Source of the DNA: Paraspadella gotoi
Taxonomy: Eukaryota; Animalia; Chaetognatha
NCBI GenBank assembly: GCA_051294375.1
Contig: CM119268.1
Span: 3,186,492 to 3,250,491 of the forward strand
Direction: 5' to 3'
Length of the DNA: 64,000 bases
Below, piece by piece: positions 39,595 to 52,120 of the stretch; positions within the stretch are counted from its first letter, which is position 1; each line of letters starts with the position of its first letter. The notes below the pieces were generated by a model. That model was not told where the DNA came from and did no database searches. It saw only the letters and a list, made by a program, of their open reading frames with translations. The translations under genes and the position numbers were made by a program.

Positions 39595-40770
39595 TATCTA
39601 TCTTTCTCTCTCCTTTCCCGGGCAAAGTTCTGCCTCAAAAAACGCCGTTCCTCTTTGGTCTTCCGTATTTAGAGTCATTCATCCTTCCCGATTTTGAGTC
39701 TTACCTTACCCTTCCGAATTAGCGTAGTCATTAATTCCTTGCGTATTATGGAGTCGATTACATCCTTGCTGTATTAGGATCTTTTCATCCTTGCCCGTAT
39801 TAGATATTAATCTGCCGCTTATTAGTATTCATGCATACATCCATGCGCGTTTAGGAGTTTATCCCTGCCGTATTAGTGTCTTAATCCTTGCCGTAATTGG
39901 AGTCATTACATCCCTTCCGTTTAGATCATTTCCATTGCGTTTAGGGTCTTAGTCCCTTGCCGTTTAGAGTCAATTACATCCCATTGCCGTTGTAGGAGTA
40001 TTACATCCTTGATATTTTTTTGTCATTCATCCCTGCCGTTTAGGAGTCATTACACGTTGCCGTTTAGGATCATTAATCCTTTGCGTATTAGGGTAATTAC
40101 ATCCTCTTGCCGTATTAGGACTCATTAATCCCTTGCGTATTAGGTAATTAATCTTGCCGTATTAGGTCATTTAATCCCTTGCCTTTAGATTCTTTCATCC
40201 TTGCCTTGATATTNNNNNNNNNNNNNNNNNNNNNNNNNTAGAGAATCGTTATTTTGAGATATTTTTTTTTCAAACCATAATAAACCAAGAGAAAAAAAAT
40301 TACACTAATCCTGGTTTTTCGCTTTAAACTTATCCAATATCCAGGGTATGAGAACCTAGGTCCTTCGGGCATCTGGGTTTTCTAAGCTTACCTGTTGATG
40401 TCAGGTTCTCTCTCTCTCTCTCTNNNNNNNNNNNNNNNNNNNNNNNNNNNNNNNNNNNNNNNNNNNNNNNNNNNNNNNNNNNNNNNNNNNNNNNNNNNNN
40501 NNNNNNNNNNNNNNNNNNNNNNNNNNNNNNNNNNNNNNNNNNNNNNNNNNNNNNNNNNNNNNNNNNNNNNNNNNNNNNNAGGGAATAAGAAAGGGATTTT
40601 TGCGTCATGAAACTGCGGCTCGGAGCGAAAGGAGGCTTGAATCGGAGGCACGGAGGAAAGGAGGAAAGAAAAGAAAAAAAAGAAAAGAAAAGAAAAAAAT
40701 GGAAAAAAGGAAAGAAAGAAAAGAAAAGAGAAAACGAGGACGAAGGATAAAAAACGTGAGAGAAAGAAAA
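39075..40770. repeat. Inverted duplication: noisy arm 39075-39490 vs arm 40240-40770
   Basis: e.g. CCTTTCGCTCGAGCCGCAGTTCATGCGCAAATCCCTTTCTTATTCCCT vs AGGGAATAAGAAAGGGATTTTTGCGTCATGAAACTGCGGCTCGGAGCGAAAGG. Confidence 0.9.
39655..40213. repeat. Degenerate ~24-26 bp minisatellite (GTCATTACATCCTTGCCGTATTAGGA), about 20 copies
   Basis: The CATCCTTGCCGTATTAG core recurs and runs into a 25-N gap. Confidence 0.85.
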
Positions 40771-42250
40771 NNNNNNNNNNNNNNNNNNNNNNGTCATCCC
40801 TAATCCCGTCGCTCATTCTTCTTTTATCTTCATACATTTTTTCCTGATTTTTCTTCCCTCATTGTATTTTTTCTCTCTCATTCTTTTTTTTNNNNNNNNN
40901 NNNNNNNNNNNNNNNNNNNNNNNNNNNNNNNNNNNNNNNNNNNNNNNNNNNNNNNNNNNNNNNNNNNNNNNNNNNNNNNNNNNNNNNNNNNNNNNNNNNN
41001 NNNNNNNNNNNNNNNNNNNNNNNNNNNNNNNNNNNNNNNNNNNNNNNNNNNNNNNNNNNNNNNNNNNNNNNNNNNNNNNNNNNNNNNNNNNNNNNNNNNN
41101 NNNNNNNNNNNNNNNNNNNNNNNNNNNNNNNNNNNNNNNNNNNNNNNNNNNNNNNNNNNNNNNNNNNNNNNNNNNNNNNNNNNNNNNNNNNNNNNNNNNN
41201 NNNNNNNNNNNNNNNNNNNNNNNNNNNNNNNNNNNNNNAAAACTCACTCTTTGTTGATAGTGAATTATGAGTGAATGATATGAGAATGATAAGTGAATGA
41301 TGAGTGAATGACCACTGTACTAAGCGAACGAGTTTATGCGCATTGCGCAAGAAGAAACGTTGAGCTCATGATTAGTGAATTTCTAGTACGTGTTGTGAGA
41401 CAATTGTGTAAATACCCAAGGAAATCATATTGAAGTGTCGAGCCATTTNNNNNNNNNNNNNNNNNNNNNNNNNNNNNNNNNNNNNNNNNNNNNNNNNNNN
41501 NNNNNNNNNNNNNNNNNNNNNNNNNNNNNNNNNNNNNNNNNNNNNNNNNNNNNNNNNNNNNNNNNNNNNNNNNNNNNNNNNNNNNNNNNNNNNNNNNNNN
41601 NNNNNNNNNNNNNNNNNNNNNNNNNNNNNNNNNNNNNNNNNNNNNNNNNNNNNNNNNNNNNNNNNNNNNNNNNNNNNNNNNNNNNNNNNNNNNNNNNNNN
41701 NNNNNNNNNNNNNNNNNNNNNNNNNNNNNNNNNNNNNNNNNNNNNNNNNNNNNNNNNNNNNNNNNNNNNNNNNNNNNNNNNNNNNNNNNNNNNNNNNNNN
41801 NNNNNNNNNNNNNNNNNNNNNNNNNNNNNNNNNNNNNNNNNNNNNNNNNNNNNNNNNNNNNNNNNNAGGCAGAAACGACCTTGGAAAATTCGCGCTGAAA
41901 TGTTTATTACTTTTGCGACCTCCGTTAGCGAATGAAGTCCGGATTCCAGCTTATATTTCTTTCTANNNNNNNNNNNNNNNNNNNNNNNNNNNNNNNNNNN
42001 NNNNNNNNNNNNNNNNNNNNNNNNNNNNNNNNNNNNNNNNNNNNNNNNNNNNNNNNNNNNNNNNNNNNNNNNNNNNNNNNNNNNNNNNNNNNNNNNNNNN
42101 NNNNNNNNNNNNNNNNNNNNNNNNNNNNNNNNNNNNNNNNNNNNNNNNNNNNNNNNNNNNNNNNNNNNNNNNNNNNNNNNNNNNNNNNNNNNNNNNNNNN
42201 NNNNNNNNNNNNNNNNNNNNNNNNNNNNNNNNNNNNNNNNNNNNNNNNNT

Positions 42251-42281
<31 letters not shown>

Positions 42282-42779
42282 ATCCTTTCTCCTCTTTCCT
42301 TTCAACTTTCAGCCTCACTATTTTCCAGCGAAAGTTAAGGAAGAGAAATAACTTTCAATTNNNNNNNNNNNNNNNNNNNNNNNNNNNNNNNNNNNNNNNN
42401 NNNNNNNNNNNNNNNNNNNNNNNNNNNNNNNNNNNNNNNNNNNNNNNNNNNNNNNNNNNNNNNNNNNNNNNNNNNNNNNNNNNNNNNNNNNNNNNNNNNN
42501 NNNNNNNNNNNNNNNNNNNNNNNNNNNNTCTCTCTCTCTCTCTCTTTCGTCTCCGGCTCCGTTTTGGCGCCTCATGTGCTCAATGATCTTGTCTCCAGCC
42601 TCAACAGTTTCGGAGTCTTTCATTTCGCTCCACCATAAAATTGGATGAAGAAAGAGAGAAATGAACGAAGAATGAATGGGTCAGGGAAATGAATGGAGAA
42701 ATGAACGAAGAATGAATGGGTCAGGGAAATGAATGGAGGAGTTGGAGCTTTTTAGAGCTGGAGAGGTTTCGAGCTGAAT

Positions 42780-43071
42780 CGGTCTACAACTAAAGAAAAA
42801 TAACATAATCGTAAACCCAAGGCAATCAATTACGTAAGTTCATTTAAAACATTTAAAGCGATTTGTCAATTATGTATCTTTTTAAAAATAAGCTAATGAC
42901 AGCAGGACTCCATCCACCGCAAGGTCGGACTCGCTCAAACATTTGGATTCAACGGTTGCCGACTCTTCTCCAGAATCTCCCGCTCAGAAGAAGACTGGAG
43001 TCGCCATTCCAGCTCGCAACCAACTGGATGAGGAACTCGACATTTTCTTTAGAGAATATGACGACCTTTAA
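42780..43071 (+). CDS. Candidate spliced 3' end of an unknown gene (intron 42834-42905)
   Basis: Donor GTAAGT at 42834, branch-like CTAAT at 42893, acceptor CAG at 42905. The phases match and give LKKNNIIVNPRQSIT/TPSTARSDSLKHLDSTVADSSPESPAQKKTGVAIPARNQLDEELDIFFREYDDL-stop. AATAAA at 43119. Confidence 0.5.
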
Positions 43072-43180
43072 AGCGATGAAGACGCCGGTCACCTACTGCA
43101 CTGATTTCACCTTTGAATAATAAAGTATTTATGAGTTATGATAAGGTCAGCCTGAATAGAAATAACAAGAGAGAACGATA

Positions 43181-43820
43181 CTTTGGGAAATTTTTCTAAT
43201 CTTTTTATGGCCTCATCTCAATAGTTCATAGCCGTAAGCATACCAATATAGTTTATTGACAATAATATATATATGTTCATTGATAACATAGGCGAATGAC
43301 ATATGTAGAAATAGTAGAGAGTAGAGGGATAGGTAGAAATCATGTAAGTATATAGTTTAATACTTTACGACCATTTACAATATAACATGTTCAAACATAC
43401 TACAATGTTGATATAAAATTCCTCTTTAAAAAGGCAATAAATATTAGCAAAATACTCATAAAAGTCGTGATCTTTATCAATACATTCTCAGAGGATCATA
43501 TCATACATCATCGCCCTTTGGTATCCATTATCATAATCCTCATCTTTCAACGTCATCCCTCTTCCGAGCGATACAGAGGGATATAGACTATATTTCGTCG
43601 TCAAATTGTCAAGAACCGTCGCCGATGACGACGCAATAGATTAGTAGTTTATCTATCATTTGCCATCATGAGCAGATTTAAGACATGATAAGCATCGCTC
43701 TTTAAGTCCGATCACTTGGAAAACATATATTTTATCACGCCGACAGACGCATTTGATGGCGGATAGGGCTAGCTGAGACAATATAGCCTCTAATACCCAG
43801 TTTTCTTTCCCCTCTTACTT
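43181..43820 (-). repeat. Degraded inverted copy of 55513-56196
   Basis: e.g. CCTCATCTCAATAGTTCATAGCCGTAAGCAT vs ATGCTTACGGCTATGAACTATTGAGATGAGG; collinear over ~650 bp. Confidence 0.85.
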
Positions 43821-44935
43821 ATATCATTATAATATTTTATTTAAAATTATTGTCAAAGTATGAGATGTTTATACGGAGACATGGTGTGTGGGTGTGTATT
43901 AAACGTAACTTGCTTGGAAAAACTACGCTTTTTCTAAATATTATCAAATACTGGAAATATTATAATATTATACAAAATTATGAACGAAAGAAGAATAAGA
44001 GACAAATTCTCTTTTTTTTCCTTTTATTTTCGTTTCTGGATCCTCTTCTGTTTTGGTCCCCCAAATTTTTGGTGTCTCATTAGAAAGATGCACTGATCGA
44101 TTTCCACCTGAAAATTCCCTATCTGCGTGGGGATTCTTTCATTTTTTTAATTCTCAGTTGCTATTTGTTGTACTTTAAGCTCTATTGCATTTTTTAAATT
44201 ATCTGTGTATATCCCTTACGGTAATATTAATTTTTCTTCAGTTCTCTATTTATTCTCCTTTTTCTTTATATTTAAATTGATTAACTACCGAATTCACTTC
44301 TGCTTAATTAAACTTTTTACTCATCGCGGCTTTATCCATCCAAGATTCCTGAAAATCTATCACTTACCCTTTATATCTTTTTTAAAAATTTTTCTGTTCT
44401 TCACTCATGGCTTTTCTCCTCCATTTTCTTTAACTTTTCTCCACCTTTTCTTTTACGTCTTTTCTCTGACTTTTCTTTTTGATAAACATCTTTATTCCTT
44501 TTTCACCTTGCTCCTTTGTTTCTCCTTTTTTGTTGAAAATTTCTTTCCCTTTTTTCCTTTTCTCATTTTTCTCGTTTTGCATTTTTTTAATTTCTTTCTT
44601 TTTCCTTTCCTTCCTTTTCCTCATTTGTTTTCTTTTTACTGTTTTGACTTTTTCCTTTTCCTCCATTTTCTCATGTTTCGTTCTTCTTTTCCTTCCTCTT
44701 TTTCTTTTTTCGTCTCCGGCGAGCAACGGAAATAATGCCGAAGCGCGACAAGTTCTCCTTCTGTTTCCCTCTTGATTCCTTCGTTTGTGTCCCCGCGAAG
44801 ATGGGAGATCTTTTCTCTCTCTCTCTCTCTCTTTCTCTCTCTTCTCTTATCGTCTCTCTCTCTCTCTCTCTCTCTCTTCTTTCTCTTCTCTCTCTCTTCT
44901 CTCCTCTCTCTGCTCTCTCTCTCTCTCTCTCTCTG

Positions 44936-44969
<34 letters not shown>

Positions 44970-45112
44970 TCTTTACCCCTACTGTGTTATCCGTCGAACT
45001 CACCCTGGTCTTATAGAACGAAAAGTAGAGCCTTTTTTCGTTTGCTTTTTTTTTCAGTTTTTCTGAGCACCTTGAATATTCTCTCTCTCTTCTCGCTCGT
45101 CTCTCGTCTCTC

Positions 45113-45145
<33 letters not shown>

Positions 45146-45347
45146 TCTCTCTCTCTCTCTGTCTTCTTCTTTCTCCTTACCACTCGCTCAAGGACATGTT
45201 GAAAAAAACCCAAATATCAATTGCGTCTTTTTTTTCTCCCCCGCCCGCCGGGTTGGCTTGTTATTTCCCTGTCCCGCCCCTTTTATTCTTTCCGTTTACT
45301 TTCTACTCCACGGACGTTCCTCTCTCTCGTCTCTCTCTCTCCTCTCG

Positions 45348-45400
<53 letters not shown>

Positions 45401-46373
45401 CTCACCCTCTCCCTCCAACCCGTCNNNNNNNNNNNNNNNNNNNNNNNNNACTCTCAATCATTAATGTCCTAAATTATTCTATCAAAGTATCACAAAATTA
45501 TCTATGAATCAATTAAACTACTAATACAATATAGAAAAGCATCGGTAAAATCCAAAATAATTGCCTAATAATAAAACAGTACAAAAATAAATTGGTCTTA
45601 AAATTATTTCCTACTATATGCAATAGAATTTAGGAATTTTAATTTAAATTTTGACAGCGACCCACTAGTTTATGACTGATTGGAATAAATCGATTTATTG
45701 GTTTTTTAAAAGATTTATTAAGAAAGTCCTTTTATTATTGTTATGTATGAATCTGTTCGATATAATGGTAAGAATCTTGCTAAGAATCTTCGCGATTTTT
45801 CATCAGATTAAGCTGACTCGATACTGATATTGAACTGTTTTCTGAATTTTTTCAATACTGTTTTTGGCAATAAGTAAGAGCAGGACAGGGATTTCTTAGG
45901 TCGAAACCAAAGTGGGATTTTTTTCTTGCAGAAAAATAGACGTTAATACAAAACGGTGTCAATTTTTGGGGCAGAGTGCTTCAAACATTTTGTTTCCTTC
46001 TGGTTCTCTTTTATATCGTTTCCCGTCGGATCAGAGGCATGGGTAAAATTTACAGGCGGACAAGAAGCCCATGTGCTCATTGGCGTGCCATTTGTTTCTT
46101 GCCAATGCAATGTTTCCATTCTTCTCTTGTGGCTTTTTTCTGCTCGCGTCGGTTGACCGATTTTCGATTCTACAAAGTTCTTGATTCCTCTGCGATGCGT
46201 CCCCCCTCTTCAGACGAACAAGCGTACGCGTAGTCGGATAGCTGGAAGTTTGCGATTGTGAGGGGACGAAGATCCTGTTCCGTATTTTGTTCCAGGCTAA
46301 GCGTTTCCGGCTGTTGTGTGCCCGTCGGATGCGCAGGGCGCGATGAAACGTATTCCGTAAATTGATTTCGTCA

Positions 46374-46416
<43 letters not shown>

Positions 46417-46809
46417 AGAGAAAGAGATAGAGAGAGAAGGGTTTTTTGTTTTTAATTTGTTTGAGAAAGATAATATATATATATTTTTTTTTCGCTTCTA
46501 TTATTATTTTTGAATGAAGTTTTTCGTTCTTTTTCAGCTTCGTGTTTCTCGTCGGCTCTTTCAGTTTCGCGTCACATTTGTTGCCTTTTGTTGAACCGCT
46601 TATTGTTTTTAGCGTCTGTCGTACGTCTCCAGAGGGTTGAAGGTTGGAAAAAGTTGAGGAGTTGAAGATTGAAAAGTTTGAATAGGTTTAATTCGTTTGA
46701 GAGATTGAACAGTTGAAAGGTTTTATCTGTTTATCTGAGTAATAAGTCTAAGGTGAGTTTTTTATTTAAATGAAGTCACTTTTCCTGCTTCTCTGGTTAG
46801 TGACTTTTA

Positions 46810-47920
46810 TTCGGGACGGCTTTGTTTCGTGCTTTTTTGAGGCGGCGCCTGTGGTATCTTAAGTTCCGGCCAGCTAATGGAGACAACATAATGGTTGCCG
46901 CTCTTTCTACACTTTGTTGGCGGTCCTGAGTATATTCTTTTGACCTTGTTGTCCGGTCGTTCGCTGTTCCAGTCATGATAAGTCACGTCTGCTAGGACCA
47001 GATGCGATCTTAATCTCCTCTGCGTTTGTAAAGGATTTCTTCTGGCCGATTTTTTGTAGACTTCGTCTTTGGGTTTTTTTTATGCCAGCTGTGCTTTGGG
47101 CCTCTCACTGCTTGTCGGCCCTTTGTCTTATGAAATCAATGAGATTTCCTTTTTGTATAGTCATCTGCGCTTTCTCTATCCTCGCCCTATGCCAAAATTG
47201 GATCTCGTGTGGCGACATGGTCTGTCTTCCAGCCGATTATGGGAGTAGATTGAGAAGTAGCATCAGGTGAGGCAGCTGTTCTAGCACATCTGTTTTGTGT
47301 TGATCATCTACTGCTTTGGCGTAGGGCTTGGCGATTCGTCCTTGTCCTTTCAGCTCTGTTGCTGTCCCTTTCGTCCTATCGAGAACGCGTCTGCCCACGG
47401 TGTCGAGTAGGTTTAAATATAGAATTTCAATGGCCGACCCGTTTTAGCTGTGTCGCGCCGTCGAATTCACCTCCATGTACGATCCATGTTTGGAGAAAAA
47501 TTTTCTCGTCAAGGTTTCTCACGTATGGTAGCGCGTCTGCTCGTCGCAGGTGGGATTGCCCAGGTGTAGGCGGAAGCATTGTCTGATGGCGACTAAGACA
47601 TAACTAAATCTCAGCGACTGGGGGAAGATGCATGACATCGATGCTTAGTGAATTCCCGAGCGCGCGCGAGAGAGTGTGGGGGCCGCAGTGAGAGTTATCG
47701 TTGTGAAATCCTTTGCGTAGCTGTTGCCTGGGCGACGGAGTTGTCGCAATTTCTAAGGCATTTCGCCGCTGCGGGTTGACAGTCGGAGCAGAGATGTTAC
47801 TGGCCCGTAAGGAAGGCCGTACGATCGCGCCTGGATGTCCAAATCGCTCGTGGAATCGTTTGTGTGAATGATTTCGGCCTTTTGGTTGGTACAATGAACT
47901 TCTTGGGGGTGTTGTCCGGC
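46810..47920 (-). mobile_element. Ty3/Gypsy-type retroviral integrase, frameshifted
   Basis: Motifs in order: FHERFGHPG (47829-47855, H2C2 histidines), LRNCD, SIDVMHLP (47622-47645, first D), YVLVAI, AYTWAIP, EKIFSKHG, SNRAER (47346-47363, catalytic E), LPHLMLLLN, and KRIYSGP (~46921-46941, GPY/F-like module). Confidence 0.85.
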
Positions 47921-47923
47921 CCA

Positions 47924-48156
<233 letters not shown>

Positions 48157-48950
48157 AAAAAGCCCTTGATGATGGATATGTCGTTGTTGTGATGTCGAGG
48201 TCATCCAGCAGTTTGACAAATAGCTTTCAGTTACTGTCCTTCTTTTTGGCATTACTTGTTTCCAAATTTGTTTGCTTTTCGCGGTTGCCTTCTTGAGGGG
48301 CACTCGACTGACCAATTTGAAGGACTCGTCCTCTGATTGCATTTTTTTTAATTTCGGCGGCGAGCCGGGAGAGGTCTGGTTTGTCTTTCCTGGGGTCTGG
48401 TGATTTCAAGTAGCGATTTCACTTCTGTACATCAACGTCTGCTTCGAATAGTGCTGTCTATCATGAGTTCTTGGTCAGCGCCTGCTTTACCACCTCTATC
48501 GTGTCTGAATTTCGATAGGTGGCGTTGTGGGACTCTCGGTGTTTGTTGCGTTCAAGCTGGATATTCATGAAGTCCTGGGAAGGTCGATGTGCCGGGTGTC
48601 CACCTTGAAGGTTTTGGCTCCTCACCCTTGCGTTCGTGGTTGTTTGAGTGACTCGACCTTGATGGTTTGCACTGGTCGCTAGGTTGAAGGTCGCAGGGTG
48701 TAGTTAGGTCTTGTCTTCAACGCAGGCTGACTTGCTCCGGTGATGGTTCTGAATATTTTCAAGCGACCTTTCATTTGTTTGGTGACCATGATACTCTTTC
48801 GTACTTGCAGCCCGTTTATTTTGGTTGATATCCTCATCCATCATGATTTAGGGTAATTCCGATCAAGTTTCACTGAGCAATCTCGAGTTCGGGATGACCA
48901 AGACCCCAATCTTTGGCGGATATCGTCTGATGAAAGTATCGGGGTCTCTT
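48157..48950 (-). mobile_element. Probable upstream part of the same pol polyprotein, too degraded to assign
   Basis: Complex sequence with the same composition as the integrase segment and positioned 5' of it. No clear RT or RNase H motif recovered. Confidence 0.35.
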
Positions 48951-50394
48951 GTTTTCGGTTTGCCCCCCCTCCTTCTCGATTTTTTATCCTTGGCAAGGAG
49001 CTCAGCTGTCGAAAGCAATTAAAGGTTTTCTGAGAGCAATCATTGTGAGATTTTGTTCAAACGACCGGATCTTGCAAGGGGGAGGAGAGGGGGGAGAAAG
49101 GCTGCATAACATTCTATCCCGATTCATTTCGATGAAAAAAAAAAAACCTTAATCCACCGACGAAACATTTCGCTGAGCAACTTACTTCACTTACCTCACT
49201 TTTTCATCAGGGGTTTTTACGCCCAACGATTTGCGTAAACTGTTTTGTGCAATTTGGAAAACATTTTTGCAATCACGTTTATCCAAACCTTTGAACTATC
49301 CGTAACCGTTTCAACCAATCATAACAGCTCTTTACTTGATCAGTTTCACAATCAAATGTACTTCAAAACACTTTCTTCTTACTTAAAACAATTGGTTATC
49401 CGCTTGAAAGCTTAAATGTCAACAAAAGCTAAAAAAGAAAATAATTTTAAAGAATTAGAGAAAAATGAGATTTTTCTTTCCCCAAGTTGGCAGAGGCTTC
49501 TATTTCTCAGAAATGCTGAGGGATTTAATCGTCGCGAATAAACATTTAATGGAAACGAAGTCTCGCGCCAAATAAGATGCGATTGTTGAAGAAAATTTAG
49601 TTTGATTTACGAGGAAAATAACGGGTGAGCGCCTGAGCGGGTAGGTTCAGTTGCATCCGGGGCTACTTAGGGTTGGTTCGTTATATCCGGAACATGAAAC
49701 AGTGGAAGAAAAACTCAGTCAAATCAAGGGTCGAAATAATTATTTCTTTGTTAACCATGATCAAACCAAAGCAAAAGTAAAAAATAAATATGGTTTATAT
49801 GAAAAATTATTCCCGCCCTTCTAAACACTCACACACATTAGTAGATGAGCTCTAAAGGACACATGTTGATGTGCCACGTTTGACAAAATTAACGTTTACT
49901 TTTTTTGCGTTGCTGCTTCCCATGTAAATTTACGATAACGAAATCAAAATAGGGCGTCTTTTATGCCAAAAACATTTAGTACTTGATTGTAAGGCCGTTA
50001 AATTAAACCGGGTAACTTATTATGAGGCACCCTGTACGCCGAGCCTTTGCGCGGATTCTGCGAGAGAAAAAAAAATCGCGTTCCCTTCGTCGCTGTCGGC
50101 GGCGGAGGCGGCGGCGGCGACGGCGGCGGCGGCGGCGGCGGCTGCGGTGGCGGCGGCGGCTGCGGCGCTTGCGTCGGCCAGCGGCGACAAATCGACGCGA
50201 ACTTCCGCATACAAAGAATCCGCGTAAAAGAAGAAAAAAAAAGAAAGAAAAAGAAAAAGCAAGAAACAAAAGACAAAAGGATAAAAATAAAAAGAAGACA
50301 AAAAGAAAAAGAAAAATAGAAAGAGAGAAAAATGGTCGAATCGACGGAACTAATCCGCGAATAACTCACAAAATCGCAATACTAACGACATAAA

Positions 50395-50680
50395 AGAGAA
50401 GGAGAAAGAGGAGAGAGAGAAAAGGGGAGAAATAAAGGGAGAATAAAGAAGAAAAAAGGAGAGAATAAAAAAGAGAGAGACAGAAAGGGGGAAATAAAGG
50501 GAGAATAAAGAAGAAAAAAGGAGAGAATAAAAAAGAGAAAGACAGAAAGGGAGAATAAAGAAGAAGAAAGGAGAGAATAAAAAAGAGAGAGAGAAAAAGG
50601 GAGAAATGAAAGGAGAATAAAGAAGAAGAAAGGAGAGAATAAAAAAGAGAGAGAGAAAAAGGGAGAAAAAAAGGAGAAAA
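50395..50680. repeat. Purine-rich higher-order repeat (~50-62 bp units, core AAAGGAGAGAATAAAAAAGAGA)
   Basis: The core recurs 4 times. Confidence 0.8.
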
Positions 50681-51068
50681 TTAAAAGGCGGAAAAACAAA
50701 AAAAGGAGGAAAGGAAATGATGAAGTAGATGTAAAGGAAAAGAAAAGGGAGATAAAGGGAAAGAGATAAAAAGGAAAGAGAGGAAGGGAGAGAGAGAGTG
50801 ATAAAGGAGTTGTAAAGGGAATAAAGGGATAAAGATAAATAGAAGGAAATGAAGCGGAAAATATATTTCGCCTCATTTTTTTTTTCTTTTTTTACGGTTT
50901 AACGCGTTTGTATATTTGATTCCTTTTTGTTTTTTGTTTTGTCTTTTTGTTTTTTTTGTTCCGTCTCTTTAGTTTTGTTTGTTTTTTTCTCCTTTTTTCT
51001 TCCTCTAATCATTTGACATTGTATATTTATATAAAGATAGTCGATAGATCTCTTTTATTTAAACATTA

Positions 51069-52120
51069 AATTTCCGTACTTGTTGATGTATGAAAATATT
51101 TTTATATATTTTAAATATTTTTTTTTCACTTCTCCAAAGAGAACACGAGAATTAAAAGCGTTTAAAGCGTTGCCAACAATTTTTCAAGGTTGTCTAAATA
51201 TATATATATATATTTTTTTGGAACCACAATATTTTTTTCAATGTCAGTCGTCAAAATCCTTTCATTTCTTTCCCCATTTATTTTTCACAAAATCTCAAGG
51301 GCGCGGAATGGGTCGAAGGGACTTCAACTACTATCTTCCAATTCTATCGGATGAACTTTAGCTTATTTTGTAAAATCAAAACTTACTTATTTCTTGCTTA
51401 AAAAAGATGATAGTTTTGTTGAAAAATATCTTTACTAAAATTTAATAACCGACAGTATATCATGAAAAACCAGGTTTATAAATTTCCCGTACTGTTGAGT
51501 ATGATATTTTTATATAAATTTTAAAATATTTTTTTTTTCACTTATCCAAAGATGTTAAAAACGAGAAATTGAAAGCGTTTAAAGCGTTGCACACAATTTT
51601 TCAAAAGGGTTGTTCCTAAATAATATATATAAGAGTACGGGCATAGTCCTGGGATATATATAAAAACAAGCGGTGAAAACAAGCGGAGGTCATTAATAGG
51701 ATTTTCAGGGAAACCCCGACAAGAGCTGATTTATTCTTTTTTCCAATGGTCAGAGAGTCCCGCGACGGTAGGAGCGCAGACAAAAGCAAAAAATACACTG
51801 TGTCATAGATCTTTTAGCTCCAATTGTAAGCGACGTAATGGAGCGGTTAAGTTTTTCCTCACAGAAAATACAAAAGGGGCGATCCGGTGCAATTGGATCG
51901 AGAGGGGCACTACTTCAACTACTATCGTTCTTCGAGATATTCGCCTGAGGCGTTCAGGAGCGGGAGATTTCCATCTTATGAGAGGCATTATTGTTTGGCC
52001 GGGTAGGATAATATTGAAAAGACTTACTTATTTCTTGCGGGCTTAAAAAAGATATAGGTTGTGGTCTAGAATAAATGTACTAGCTGTCTTACTAAAATAA
52101 TTTAAGATAACCGGGACATA
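51069..52120 (+). repeat. Tandem duplicate: 51069-51460 and an insertion-expanded copy 51480-52120
   Basis: Shared anchors AAAGCGTTTAAAGCGTTGC, ACTTCAACTACTATC, ACTTACTTATTTCTTGC occur in the same order. Confidence 0.85.

Noticed and set aside
40330-42623. ORFs of 100-300 aa
   Set aside because: They consist mostly of N gaps.
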